IMG/VR virus record: IMGVR_UViG_3300035530_000023
Span: 7,951 to 71,950 of that record
Origin: a virus
Taxonomy: Duplodnaviria; Caudoviricetes
Length of the DNA: 64,000 nt
Direction: 5' to 3' (one strand)
Positions within the stretch are counted from its first letter, which is position 1, and each line of letters opens with the position of its first letter. Below are positions 9,904-19,281 of the stretch, one piece after another. A model generated the notes under the pieces. That model worked only from the letters and a program-made list of their open reading frames with translations. It did no database searches and was not told the DNA's origin. The position numbers were made by a program, and so were the translations under genes.

Positions 9904-11103
9904 CTATCGACCATATGTAGAATATTCTTTATTGTCATGAATATCTGTCAAAGCAACATCTGGAATTGGTTCTGCTATAACTTCTTCTGGATCTTTGAGT
10001 TTATTCTCTAACGTTTTCATAAGGCTATCGAGAGGATCTTTTATTTCATCTTCTGTAGCTCTAAATATAATTTCATTCTTACCACCACCTATATCTATAT
10101 AAGGTAAGCCTTTATAATTGTAATATGCATCTATAGGTACAGTTTTCATTAATGATGTATCTATTGCCGAATACGACCTTTTCATAACCATATTAAATTC
10201 TTGAAGAATAATAGGATCCATGTATTCTATCTTATTTGCACTAAACGGAATAGAATATGATGCTGTAGAGGAAATAAAAGATTCATGTTCATTAATATTA
10301 AAAGCAGGACCTAATGGTACTGACTTAGGAAAGCATCCTGTAGCTTTTGCCCATTTAGTAATATAACGCTTACTTGGATCTAAAACAAAACGATAAATAG
10401 AACAAGTATAACACAATCTTCTAAATTCAATATCTTCTGTATAAGGCACTACTGTACCTTTAGTTACTAAATCAATAAATTTTATCCAAATGTAAAGTAA
10501 TGCTAAAATAAATCCACCTTGGATATCTCTAAATGTTAAAGATAGATCATATGATCCAGATAATCTATCACTCCCTTTAGCGAATGTCAAATTTTCACTA
10601 TGGTAACCACCTTCAGTAGTTTCTGTATCGATTACATAATCCGGCCAACCACTCATCCCAATGAGACAGTTAGTCAGTGGCGTTATGAATGGAGATCTGT
10701 TATCTAAAAAAGCTCCTTTATTCTGATTCATTAAATTTTTAATATCTGGGCGATTTGCATATTTCCTATCTAATAAACATCTAATAGTAAATGCAAGCGA
10801 ATCGACTTTATTAGTATCGAGACTCATAGTAACTCGATCTTGTCTAATCGATGTCGTTGTTAAATTTAATTTTGGTCTAGTAATAAATGTTAATCCTGTC
10901 ATTTCTGAGTTAGCAGGAAGTATATTACTATGATATCTATCTATACCTCGTAGTAAAGCTTGATATTGTCCATAGAAGCTACCCATAGCAGAACCACGAA
11001 AGATAGATTCATTAACAGCATGATATAGTTGCTCAATATCACCTAAAGTAAGATTTTTATTTTTATTACTTTCACCATCGTTGGTCATATTAATTTCCTC
11101 CAC
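9904..11103 (-). CDS. Virion structural protein (phiKZ gp88-like)
   Basis: 399 aa; GLTFITRPKLNL and YTCSIYRFVLDPSKRYITKWAKATGCFP motifs; synteny. Confidence 0.55.
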   Translation of the reverse strand: MEEINMTNDGESNKNKNLTLGDIEQLYHAVNESIFRGSAMGSFYGQYQALLRGIDRYHSNILPANSEMTGLTFITRPKLNLTTTSIRQDRVTMSLDTNKVDSLAFTIRCLLDRKYANRPDIKNLMNQNKGAFLDNRSPFITPLTNCLIGMSGWPDYVIDTETTEGGYHSENLTFAKGSDRLSGSYDLSLTFRDIQGGFILALLYIWIKFIDLVTKGTVVPYTEDIEFRRLCYTCSIYRFVLDPSKRYITKWAKATGCFPKSVPLGPAFNINEHESFISSTASYSIPFSANKIEYMDPIILQEFNMVMKRSYSAIDTSLMKTVPIDAYYNYKGLPYIDIGGGKNEIIFRATEDEIKDPLDSLMKTLENKLKDPEEVIAEPIPDVALTDIHDNKEYSTYGR

Positions 11104-11227
11104 AATAAATTAAACTTATATATAAGATGATGTGAGCTATACATTTTATAATGTATGTAATAAATTAAGTAAAATTCTACATTTGGAACAAAACCAATTA
11201 TTAACATTTATCATTTGGAGATGCTAT

Positions 11228-12268
11228 ATGGCTGAAGAAACTACACTCGGTACTATCATTGATATATTTCGAAAGTATGAAGATACTAAATCTATCAGTT
11301 TATCTCAGTATACAAAAAGATGTACGATTAATAGTAGATCGTATATCCAGGCTGATATTGCAGAAGAACCTATCGTCACCGACATTCTAAAAAATATTCA
11401 AAATATTTATGTAGGTTGGATTTTGACAGCGTTGCAGATGGATACCTATGTCAGTGATGGTAGAAAAGTAAGAGATCTTTTGGAAGTAGTTGGTACAGAA
11501 TCATTTACCCCAAACGATCCCATCATTGGATTAGAAGATTTTGGAATGCCTAATAGTTGGAAAAGGTCAAAATCAGAAGAACGTAAAAGTTCTACCAAAC
11601 AAAACACTATTGAATTGCGAGATGTAAAATTACCTTCAGGTAGAATTATTAAAGTAACCTTCGATAATGACAAAGGTGTAAAATTGGATGTTGATTTGTT
11701 GTTACAGATGTTCCCTCGCATTCTTCCGAATAATGTATGCGAACAAATGCTTGCGCTCAATTTTACTCCAGAATTATCTAAGAGATGGTTACAATATAAA
11801 GCAGGAGAATTGCATTTTTGGAAAGATTTTGTATTTCAATTAGATCTTCTGAAGAAGAGACAGAAAGCTTTAAAGTCAGATAGGTCTGGGGATTTAAGAA
11901 GTATGTTAGACCATCAGAAGTCTGCTCTCTCTAGACAATTGTTAAAGTTATTTCAAGTGTATCCAAATATGCAAAATATCGCTAATTCAGTTTTAGTTTT
12001 AGATAAAGCTTCTATGAGTAGATACTGTTCTACTAACCACATCGATTTCAAAAAATATGCTACACGGCAGAAATTTTTCAACAAATCTTATTCTGTCATT
12101 TTAGCTACAATTGATCCTATGTATAATCGTGTAGAGATGTATATTAATGGGATTGATGCTAAATGTGAATACACTTACAAACAGATGCAAGATGGTGGAA
12201 AGTCTGATAAGGTAGCATTGTCTGATCTCATGTCATCTATGAATCAAGGTCAAGGTCCTAGATTCTAA
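11228..12268 (+). CDS. Virion head protein (phiKZ gp89-like)
   Basis: ORF track gives 11132, but GGAG at 11217-11220 favours ATG 11228; motifs GWILTALQM and WLQYKAGELHFWKDFVF; synteny. Confidence 0.55.
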   Translation: MAEETTLGTIIDIFRKYEDTKSISLSQYTKRCTINSRSYIQADIAEEPIVTDILKNIQNIYVGWILTALQMDTYVSDGRKVRDLLEVVGTESFTPNDPIIGLEDFGMPNSWKRSKSEERKSSTKQNTIELRDVKLPSGRIIKVTFDNDKGVKLDVDLLLQMFPRILPNNVCEQMLALNFTPELSKRWLQYKAGELHFWKDFVFQLDLLKKRQKALKSDRSGDLRSMLDHQKSALSRQLLKLFQVYPNMQNIANSVLVLDKASMSRYCSTNHIDFKKYATRQKFFNKSYSVILATIDPMYNRVEMYINGIDAKCEYTYKQMQDGGKSDKVALSDLMSSMNQGQGPRF

Positions 12269-12304
12269 ATCATTAATCTTTAGATATGGGAGTATGTATC
12301 TACT

Positions 12305-13291
12305 ATGAACTTCTTAAAAGCTTTAGGTGTTGTAGTTGTAAATAGTGTAAAAAATTCAGCTAAGATGAAAAGTCTTAGCAAATCAGATGTTATAGATATC
12401 TTAGAATTGAATATAGAAAGTCATACTATCATGAAAGCAGCCATCAAGGATCTCACTCCCACACAATGGCGAGATATCTTTGATAGGTATACTAACAAAG
12501 TTGAAATGTATAATAAACTACCTTCAAAGAAAGTTATCTCAGAACTCCCTAAAGGTCTTCGTGATGCCGCCAGAAAAGCTGATGACGAAAAGCCCTTTAG
12601 TGCCTATTACAAAACTAACGATTTATTTATCAGTATACAAAAAGATATATTGAAACATATCGATACTATTATGGAACAAAAAGAAGCTAACATCTTTAAT
12701 GTTCGCATATCGTTTGTTGCTCTATTGGGTATCCTTAGACAAAGTGAATTATATGGAACTTACCTTTCTTACCTTTTTGATCAATTAATGACTGTTGCTG
12801 GAAATAATAAAGTTATTGATATTCCAGGATATCGTCCTAAGTATCTAATTGATCATTATAAAGAATTTATTGAAATTACTAATCTTATCTGCAATAAGAA
12901 AGGTAGGTATTCTTTCTTGACCGAAATAGAAAATATGAAAAGAAAGAATGCTAATCTTGTTCTATATTCTAATGGCCAACCTGCTTCTGTATTTGCAAAA
13001 GCGACAGATTATACGAAATCTACGGTATCGTATATCGTACATGGATTATATGCACTCAATATATTTCTATGGATTGGTGAATCTATTGAGGATTACAAAC
13101 ATAGTCGATATCTCAAGAATCAAAATCTTAAACAATGGATGGAGAGTCATGTTGCTAATTTAAGATTAGAATTAGCAAACATAGATCCGGATAGTAAGGA
13201 AGCGGTTCGTTTGCAAAAAATTATACAAGCATATGATGCCAAGATTGCCGAATATGATAGGAAAATAAATGAATATCTGGAATCGGATTGA
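12305..13291 (+). CDS. Virion head protein (phiKZ gp90-like)
   Basis: 328 aa; C-terminal LKQWMESHVANLRLEL...AYDAKIAEYD coiled coil; synteny. Confidence 0.55.
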   Translation: MNFLKALGVVVVNSVKNSAKMKSLSKSDVIDILELNIESHTIMKAAIKDLTPTQWRDIFDRYTNKVEMYNKLPSKKVISELPKGLRDAARKADDEKPFSAYYKTNDLFISIQKDILKHIDTIMEQKEANIFNVRISFVALLGILRQSELYGTYLSYLFDQLMTVAGNNKVIDIPGYRPKYLIDHYKEFIEITNLICNKKGRYSFLTEIENMKRKNANLVLYSNGQPASVFAKATDYTKSTVSYIVHGLYALNIFLWIGESIEDYKHSRYLKNQNLKQWMESHVANLRLELANIDPDSKEAVRLQKIIQAYDAKIAEYDRKINEYLESD

Positions 13292-14228
13292 CATCAGTGA
13301 TATAGAGGATACTCCTATGGAGAAAGATCGAGAATATCTAGATGTAAACTATGAAATTGCATCCAATAAAGTATACCTATTTGTAACTTCAGCTTTAGAT
13401 CTATTATCATCTACTTCAGGTGTAATGTCTCCAGGTATTGTTAAATTGCATTCTATCTTTACCGGAAATATTGATACTATCGGTGATCAATATGCTAAGA
13501 AATGTTTTTATTGTTACCCTGCTGTATATGCAGAATTTTATAAGACTAGAGTAAAAACATTTCTTTTAGATATATTTAAAATTTTAGCCAATAGTCGCTA
13601 TGGAAAATATGGAACTAATAATGAAGATTTAATAATGTCTATACCTATCACTTACGATCTTAGAAGATTAATTACTAAGTCGTTTAATTCTATTTCTGAA
13701 AATACTATCGATACAAATGCCCTTAACATTGCGAATTTGTCATTAGAGAGTTATGTTCGTGACGATAAATATAGGTCGGGAAAATATTATTATACTGATA
13801 TCGATATAGCATTTGATCGGGTATATAACTGCCTTAAGTATAGAACTTTAAATATTGATGAAAGTATTATATTGTTACGACTACTCAATAATTTAGTATA
13901 TGGGATAAGTCATATTCTCCAAAACGAATTAGTAGCTATTCAAAATGATGTAGCGAATATTGAAAATCGTCATATACTATTTAATTCTATCTCAAGTTGT
14001 ACAGATGAAACTATCATAGCTGCAGGTATCCATAACAGTTATCTTCTCCCTTATTGTGTAGATGAAGAAGTGACCGCATATTCTTCTAAAGGTAAGTTAT
14101 ATATCACTAACTTATTCTATATATCTAGAAATCGACAATTCCTTAATCGAAATAAACCTAAATATTATAAAGGGAGATCTGAATATGGATCTATACAAAA
14201 TGCACCGAGACATAACAGATATCGTTGA
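13269..14228 (+). CDS. Hypothetical protein, probably virion
   Basis: 319-aa ORF overlapping both neighbours in the head operon; contains LSLES. Confidence 0.5.
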   Translation: MNIWNRIDISDIEDTPMEKDREYLDVNYEIASNKVYLFVTSALDLLSSTSGVMSPGIVKLHSIFTGNIDTIGDQYAKKCFYCYPAVYAEFYKTRVKTFLLDIFKILANSRYGKYGTNNEDLIMSIPITYDLRRLITKSFNSISENTIDTNALNIANLSLESYVRDDKYRSGKYYYTDIDIAFDRVYNCLKYRTLNIDESIILLRLLNNLVYGISHILQNELVAIQNDVANIENRHILFNSISSCTDETIIAAGIHNSYLLPYCVDEEVTAYSSKGKLYITNLFYISRNRQFLNRNKPKYYKGRSEYGSIQNAPRHNRYR

Positions 14229-14946
14229 TATTTTTGAAAAAGTAAAATATAAACATATTTTGTATGTAAATACTATAAATAGTGCTAACCACTTACATAA
14301 ACTAAAAGAGGTAGTAGATGCTTATGGTATATCTAAGTCCTTAGTACATCTCATCAACCAAACTGAAAATACTAAACTGGCAATGGAGGAATTGAATATA
14401 TCATTAGATCCAGATTTAGTAGATTATCACTTTTCTAGAAATAATGATATAAGTAATATGATTTGTACAGAAATTGATAAACATGTATCAACTCCCTTAG
14501 ATCTTAAGCGAGAAGGTCATGTGGACATGACACAAGATGTAGAAGTATTAGTTACTAAAGTCAATACAATAATGAAAGATATGACAAATATTTTATCTCA
14601 TCTAAAAGAGGAATTGAGCAACTCTTCGAAAGAAGGGATTCCTTCAAAGATGAATAAGTGTCTTTTAGAATCTTATCCAAATCCTGACGCCTCAAATCGT
14701 TCTATCATCTATCCTGATACTGCACAGACCATGGATACTTGTGGACACGATAAGCATTCTGTTTTAGTTACCTTAGATGGTGCAATTGATTTTTGTAAAT
14801 CTATAATTGTACCTAAAATATCTCTTTCCGAGAAGATGGAAGAGACTGAAGAAATCATTAACCAGTATAAATGTACATTTTATAACATTTGTACTTATGC
14901 ATCGCAAGCTATGGCACTGGGAAGAAAATACATTAATTGTTGCTAA
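14185..14946 (+). CDS. Hypothetical protein, probably virion head
   Basis: 253 aa; LAMEE motif; operon context. Confidence 0.5.
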   Translation: MDLYKMHRDITDIVDIFEKVKYKHILYVNTINSANHLHKLKEVVDAYGISKSLVHLINQTENTKLAMEELNISLDPDLVDYHFSRNNDISNMICTEIDKHVSTPLDLKREGHVDMTQDVEVLVTKVNTIMKDMTNILSHLKEELSNSSKEGIPSKMNKCLLESYPNPDASNRSIIYPDTAQTMDTCGHDKHSVLVTLDGAIDFCKSIIVPKISLSEKMEETEEIINQYKCTFYNICTYASQAMALGRKYINCC

Positions 14947-15028
14947 TTGATCTTATTTGATTGGTAATAATATGTATCTGTACCTAACACACAATAAACA
15001 TAAATCCTAAGTTATCAAGGAGAAATCA

Positions 15029-16078
15029 ATGTCTAATTTTGCCGGTTTGGAAGCTCTGAATAAAAGAATGGAAGAAGATGGTTCAGTTTTGGCTGGCGGT
15101 GATGTATCGGAAATCGCTGAACTTATCTCTTGCGATTTTGAAGCTACTCTCGCTATGGAAGATCTGGATCAGATCATGCAGGCTCAGGAAGAGTATGAGA
15201 AAAGTTATTCCGCCGTTGAACGTCTGCACGACATCATTGATCGTGATGGTATTTCTCGTGGTCTGATGGAATTCGCTGATCCGGCTCGAGAGCTGGAAGC
15301 TATTCCCGGATTTCCGGCGATGGAATCTTTGGATATGGTACCTGTCAAGGATAGCAACGCTATTGCTGCTATGGAAGGTTTCGAGGATACCATGAAGAAG
15401 TGGGGAGAAAACATCAAGAAGTTTTTCAAGATGATCTGGGAACAGATCCAGAAAGTATTTGGTGCCGTGGTACAGCTGTTCTCCAAGTACGAGACGACTC
15501 TGAAGAAGGTGGCCGAAAAGCTGAAGGACGTTTCTTCTCTTGACGATGAAAAGATCAAGAAAGAAGTCAAGTGCCTTGAGATGAAAACGATGGATGATCT
15601 GAAGGACACTATCAGTGCTGCTACTATCTGGAAGGGTCTTGAATTCTTCCTGAAGGATGATCAGCTTACCATTCTGGGTCTCAAGAAAGAAGAGAAGGAT
15701 GTCGACGGTAAAAAGGTTGTTACCTTTATGACCAAGGATATCGATCGGAAGCCCAAGGCTCAGTCCATCAAAGATCACGGGTTTGACGCAAAGTGGTGTT
15801 CAGGTAGTGTTGCTAAAGCTATCGAATTTTGTGGAAAGATGCGTGAATCCAAATATATCCTGAAAGCCTGTCAGGACGAACAGAAGGCTGCTGAAGCTAA
15901 GCTGAAGTCTTTGGAAAAGGCTACGGAGAAGGATGACAAGGCCAAGAAGGAAGTTGAAGCTGGTGTAAAGATGCAGAAGGCTCGGGTTCTGATTTACAGT
16001 CGCATCAACAAGTGTACCAAAGAATATATCAGTAACGTCATCACCGCGTCGAATGCAGTTATCGGTGCAAAGAAGTAA
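15029..16078 (+). CDS. Abundant internal head protein (phiKZ gp93-like paralogue family)
   Basis: Acidic propeptide-like region with repeated AGLE, LAME, AMES and AMEG motifs followed by WxxIKKFFxxIWE; visibly higher GC with codons typical of highly expressed genes. Confidence 0.65.
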   Translation: MSNFAGLEALNKRMEEDGSVLAGGDVSEIAELISCDFEATLAMEDLDQIMQAQEEYEKSYSAVERLHDIIDRDGISRGLMEFADPARELEAIPGFPAMESLDMVPVKDSNAIAAMEGFEDTMKKWGENIKKFFKMIWEQIQKVFGAVVQLFSKYETTLKKVAEKLKDVSSLDDEKIKKEVKCLEMKTMDDLKDTISAATIWKGLEFFLKDDQLTILGLKKEEKDVDGKKVVTFMTKDIDRKPKAQSIKDHGFDAKWCSGSVAKAIEFCGKMRESKYILKACQDEQKAAEAKLKSLEKATEKDDKAKKEVEAGVKMQKARVLIYSRINKCTKEYISNVITASNAVIGAKK

Positions 16079-16095
16079 CCATCGAATGTACTACT

Positions 16096-16138
16096 ATATA
16101 GAACGGACACAGCGCTTGTCGCTGTGTCCGTTCTATAT
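16096..16138. terminator. Intergenic hairpin
   Basis: 19-bp perfect stem, loop CTTGT. Confidence 0.75.
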
Positions 16139-16159
16139 GCATTTGAATATTATTTAGAT

Positions 16160-16169
16160 ATATATTATT
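16160..16169 (+). promoter_or_regulatory. Early-type promoter motif
   Basis: ATATATTATT about 50 nt before 16220. Confidence 0.55.
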
Positions 16170-16219
16170 AATTTGAATTATAATTTAAATAACTTTTATC
16201 ACTATAAGGAGAGTGTATT

Positions 16220-17044
16220 ATGACAACATGCGCAATTAATAAGATGAAAGAAGAGATGGTAAGGGGATTCGTCAAGGATTTAGTTGGACGAGAAAGAAGT
16301 ATTGACCCTCGTAAGATAGAAGGGTTGATACAAAACTTATTGCTATTACCTGCAGCACCAGCATCAGAAATGATAGGAGCGATCACATCCACGATCGCTC
16401 CCCTGATGATGGATGATTATGATATATCAAAAATTCACACGCTTGCCGAAACCCTGACGAGGCTTCAAAACTCGCCAAATTCAGATTTGTATCCGGATAG
16501 CGTGATCGAGGAGGCCCCCAAGAATCTTATTTATATCATCGATAAGTTTCTTGGGGAGATCTTCCCCAAAGAAACCCTCGATAATCTTCTGGAAATCGTC
16601 CATTCTCCGGGAGAAACTCTCCCCGAGCTGAAAGCGAAGTTAAGGAAGTTGAATCTTAACTTCGAAAAGGCTTTGAAAGAATCCCCACTAGTAGAAAAGT
16701 GGGGAAATCTTTTCCCGGAAGAAGTCAACTCGATGATGGAACTCCTAACTCCGACTCCGACTCCGACTCCTACGATTATCGACTTTGATAGTCGTAGAAA
16801 CGACGACGGTATCTGTGTAGTTACAGATATTATTGAAGTTGAAAAGTTGGTTGGTGGGGCTAGGGGTGATATCATCAAAGTCATCGAATCCAACCGAGGA
16901 TTGGGAGTAGACGATCCCACGCTTCTTCCGGTATACCTCATCGTGACGGACAAGATGCCAGAAGGTGATGCTATTTTGGCAGATCCTGATTTTAAACTAA
17001 CTAAGAAAGCTGCACTTGCAGCTCTCAAGAAAAAAGGTATGTAA
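16220..17044 (+). CDS. Hypothetical protein with PT-repeat linker
   Basis: 274 aa; GGAG RBS; ATATATTATT motif upstream; ACTCCG hexamer repeats near 16749-16772. Confidence 0.7.
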   Translation: MTTCAINKMKEEMVRGFVKDLVGRERSIDPRKIEGLIQNLLLLPAAPASEMIGAITSTIAPLMMDDYDISKIHTLAETLTRLQNSPNSDLYPDSVIEEAPKNLIYIIDKFLGEIFPKETLDNLLEIVHSPGETLPELKAKLRKLNLNFEKALKESPLVEKWGNLFPEEVNSMMELLTPTPTPTPTIIDFDSRRNDDGICVVTDIIEVEKLVGGARGDIIKVIESNRGLGVDDPTLLPVYLIVTDKMPEGDAILADPDFKLTKKAALAALKKKGM

Positions 17045-17046
17045 AC

Positions 17047-17089
17047 TATAAGAGGGGGGTACTGTTAGTCAAGTACCCCCCCTCTTATA
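17047..17089. terminator. Intergenic hairpin
   Basis: About 17-bp stem with one bulged C, followed by a T-rich tract. Confidence 0.75.
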
Positions 17090-17153
17090 TCTTTATTTTT
17101 TTATTTTTTATATACTAAGGAAATACATCATATATAACAAGGAGATAATAATT

Positions 17154-18788
17154 ATGACATATTCATTTAAAACTGCAATAAATGGGTTATCGTATGTAGA
17201 TGGGCAGGAAGCTATAAATTTCCAAAGAAATAGTAAACTAAGTCAAGGTTTAATTGACATATTTAATGAAGTTTTCAATTATATTAAAGAGTATGATAAA
17301 AATAGAACTATTACAAATAAGAATATAGAACAAAGATATATTGATATTGTAAAGTACTTCAAAAAGACTACTATCCCACAATTAAAATCACATATCAAAA
17401 AAGAAACTAATATAACTATCAAACAGATAATTACTATAGCTCCAGAAAATGCTCAAGGTCTATTCGCTATCGACTTGAGTCTGGACGATATAGAAAGTGT
17501 TATAACTGCTAAAGATACACTGACTGGAGAAAAGTCATATAAAAATATAAAAGGTACTAATTCTTTAGATGAGTTATTATCTGTAGCAGAAGATTTTGAT
17601 CCAGTCAATAGTAAATTATCTACAGGAAAAATATCCAAAGAAAGGGAAGTATTTGCTACTATCTATTTTGATGTTGGATCAGCTTTTCTCATACACGAAT
17701 TAGCCCCTAATGTCGAATCTTTAAATTCTGAAGAAATCACCGCTATCATGATGCACGAAATTGGGCACATGATGAGTTTTATAGAAAATATAAATAACAT
17801 GACATATCTAGGTCAGTATGTCACCAGTAGTGTAAATAATTTATCAAAATCTAAAGATTTAGTACCTCAATTTATAAAAAATTATAAAGTACTTAAAGTC
17901 AAGATAGATGAATTGAGAAAATCTAAAACTATTTCTAATGCAGTTGGTAATTTGTTAGATAAAGTTTTAGATGTAGTATATTACTTTGATAAAGAAAATA
18001 AAACTAGATTTCTTGGAAATGCTATAAAACTTTTAATTGGTTCTACAATTAAGATACTTATATTAGTTATTTTATTTGCAGTCAAACGAGCTGCATTCAT
18101 CAAACTGGTAGTATTTATGTATGCTCAAATTTTTACATATCATCTAGCCTCAAGTTATATTGTCACTAAAGGTTTAAAACAAACATCTAAAACTGGTGAT
18201 GATACATTTACATCTAGGAATAAATACTACTTCGAACGTATTGCAGACGAGTTTGTATCTAGACACGGAATGGGTAGTTACTTAGCTACCGGATTACAAA
18301 AGATTATCAGTTTTATGGATACGTTACAAGCTACTTCTGGAGTAACTACTTCTCCGGAATTATCTACCAATAAGTTAGTAAAGTATTATTTAATATCTAT
18401 GACATTTGTTAATAATGCTAGCGCATTAGACACTGAAATATCTTGTTCGGGATATGAGGTAGAAATTAATCGAATTAGTAGACTATTAGAAAACAATATG
18501 GCAGCATTTAAAAATCGAAATTTATCTAACGATGTCAAAGATCGATACATCAAAGATACAGAACAACTGATGGTAGCATTGAAAGCTAGTAATAAAGTAG
18601 ATAAAACTATCGGTAAAGTAATTTCCGATTATCTATTAATGATTAGAACTGGTGACATCTTGTATGAAACTTTACGGACAGGTAGACTTAGTAAAGATAT
18701 GGAAAAGTTGTTGAATAAGATGGATAGATTGATGAACAATAAGTTATATTACTATTCAGCTAAACTTGGACAACTATCTCGACATTGA
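17154..18788 (+). CDS. Putative virion protein with zinc metallopeptidase (M48-like) motifs
   Basis: AIMMHEIGH (HExxH), ERIADEF and LATGLQKI follow the order seen in M48/HtpX-type peptidases. Confidence 0.55.
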   Translation: MTYSFKTAINGLSYVDGQEAINFQRNSKLSQGLIDIFNEVFNYIKEYDKNRTITNKNIEQRYIDIVKYFKKTTIPQLKSHIKKETNITIKQIITIAPENAQGLFAIDLSLDDIESVITAKDTLTGEKSYKNIKGTNSLDELLSVAEDFDPVNSKLSTGKISKEREVFATIYFDVGSAFLIHELAPNVESLNSEEITAIMMHEIGHMMSFIENINNMTYLGQYVTSSVNNLSKSKDLVPQFIKNYKVLKVKIDELRKSKTISNAVGNLLDKVLDVVYYFDKENKTRFLGNAIKLLIGSTIKILILVILFAVKRAAFIKLVVFMYAQIFTYHLASSYIVTKGLKQTSKTGDDTFTSRNKYYFERIADEFVSRHGMGSYLATGLQKIISFMDTLQATSGVTTSPELSTNKLVKYYLISMTFVNNASALDTEISCSGYEVEINRISRLLENNMAAFKNRNLSNDVKDRYIKDTEQLMVALKASNKVDKTIGKVISDYLLMIRTGDILYETLRTGRLSKDMEKLLNKMDRLMNNKLYYYSAKLGQLSRH

Positions 18789-18794
18789 TAAACT

Positions 18795-18833
18795 ATATAT
18801 AGGAGTAGGGCAATATGCCCTACTCCTATATAT
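18795..18833. terminator. Hairpin between convergent genes
   Basis: 18-bp perfect stem, loop ATA. Confidence 0.8.
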
Positions 18834-18850
18834 CATTAAGAATTTGTCAT

Positions 18851-19267
18851 TTACATTTCAATTACTACCAAACCTCTAGATCTCAACGATTCAACTGTAT
18901 CATCAAAAAGTGTATCATCGATATTAAAAATTTTAATAATTCTAGAAGCTGATTCATTAAGAATAGTAAGAGAACCTTCTTCAATCCAATCGATTGCAAA
19001 TACTCTTACTTTCTGAGTAGTTTGCAACGATACCATAATGTCATTATCGAGTTCGATAAGTAGATAGGTTAGAGATTCCAAAGGACCAATAGATGCATCA
19101 CTCTTCAAAACAGTCGAATGATAACTAATAAGATCACCATACGATTTAGCTGTATTGTAGTTGCAGATAGATGTTACTTTTCCCTTATACAAAATATTAT
19201 CATATGCGTGTTTAGTACGAAATGTAATAGTATCATTCAATTGAGGAGTAGTGATATTGTTTGTCAT
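18851..19267 (-). CDS. Hypothetical protein
   Basis: 138-aa ORF, last gene of a minus-strand operon, ending at a hairpin. Confidence 0.6.
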   Translation of the reverse strand: MTNNITTPQLNDTITFRTKHAYDNILYKGKVTSICNYNTAKSYGDLISYHSTVLKSDASIGPLESLTYLLIELDNDIMVSLQTTQKVRVFAIDWIEEGSLTILNESASRIIKIFNIDDTLFDDTVESLRSRGLVVIEM

Positions 19268-19281
19268 TATAATTATCCTCG

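Noticed and set aside
15078-15778. Long antisense and alternate-frame ORFs over the internal head gene
   Set aside because: They are expected shadows of a GC-richer, codon-biased gene and have no RBS or motifs.
18851-19267. GroES partner for the chaperonin
   Set aside because: No PLxDRV or mobile-loop GGI motif, and the length is atypical.
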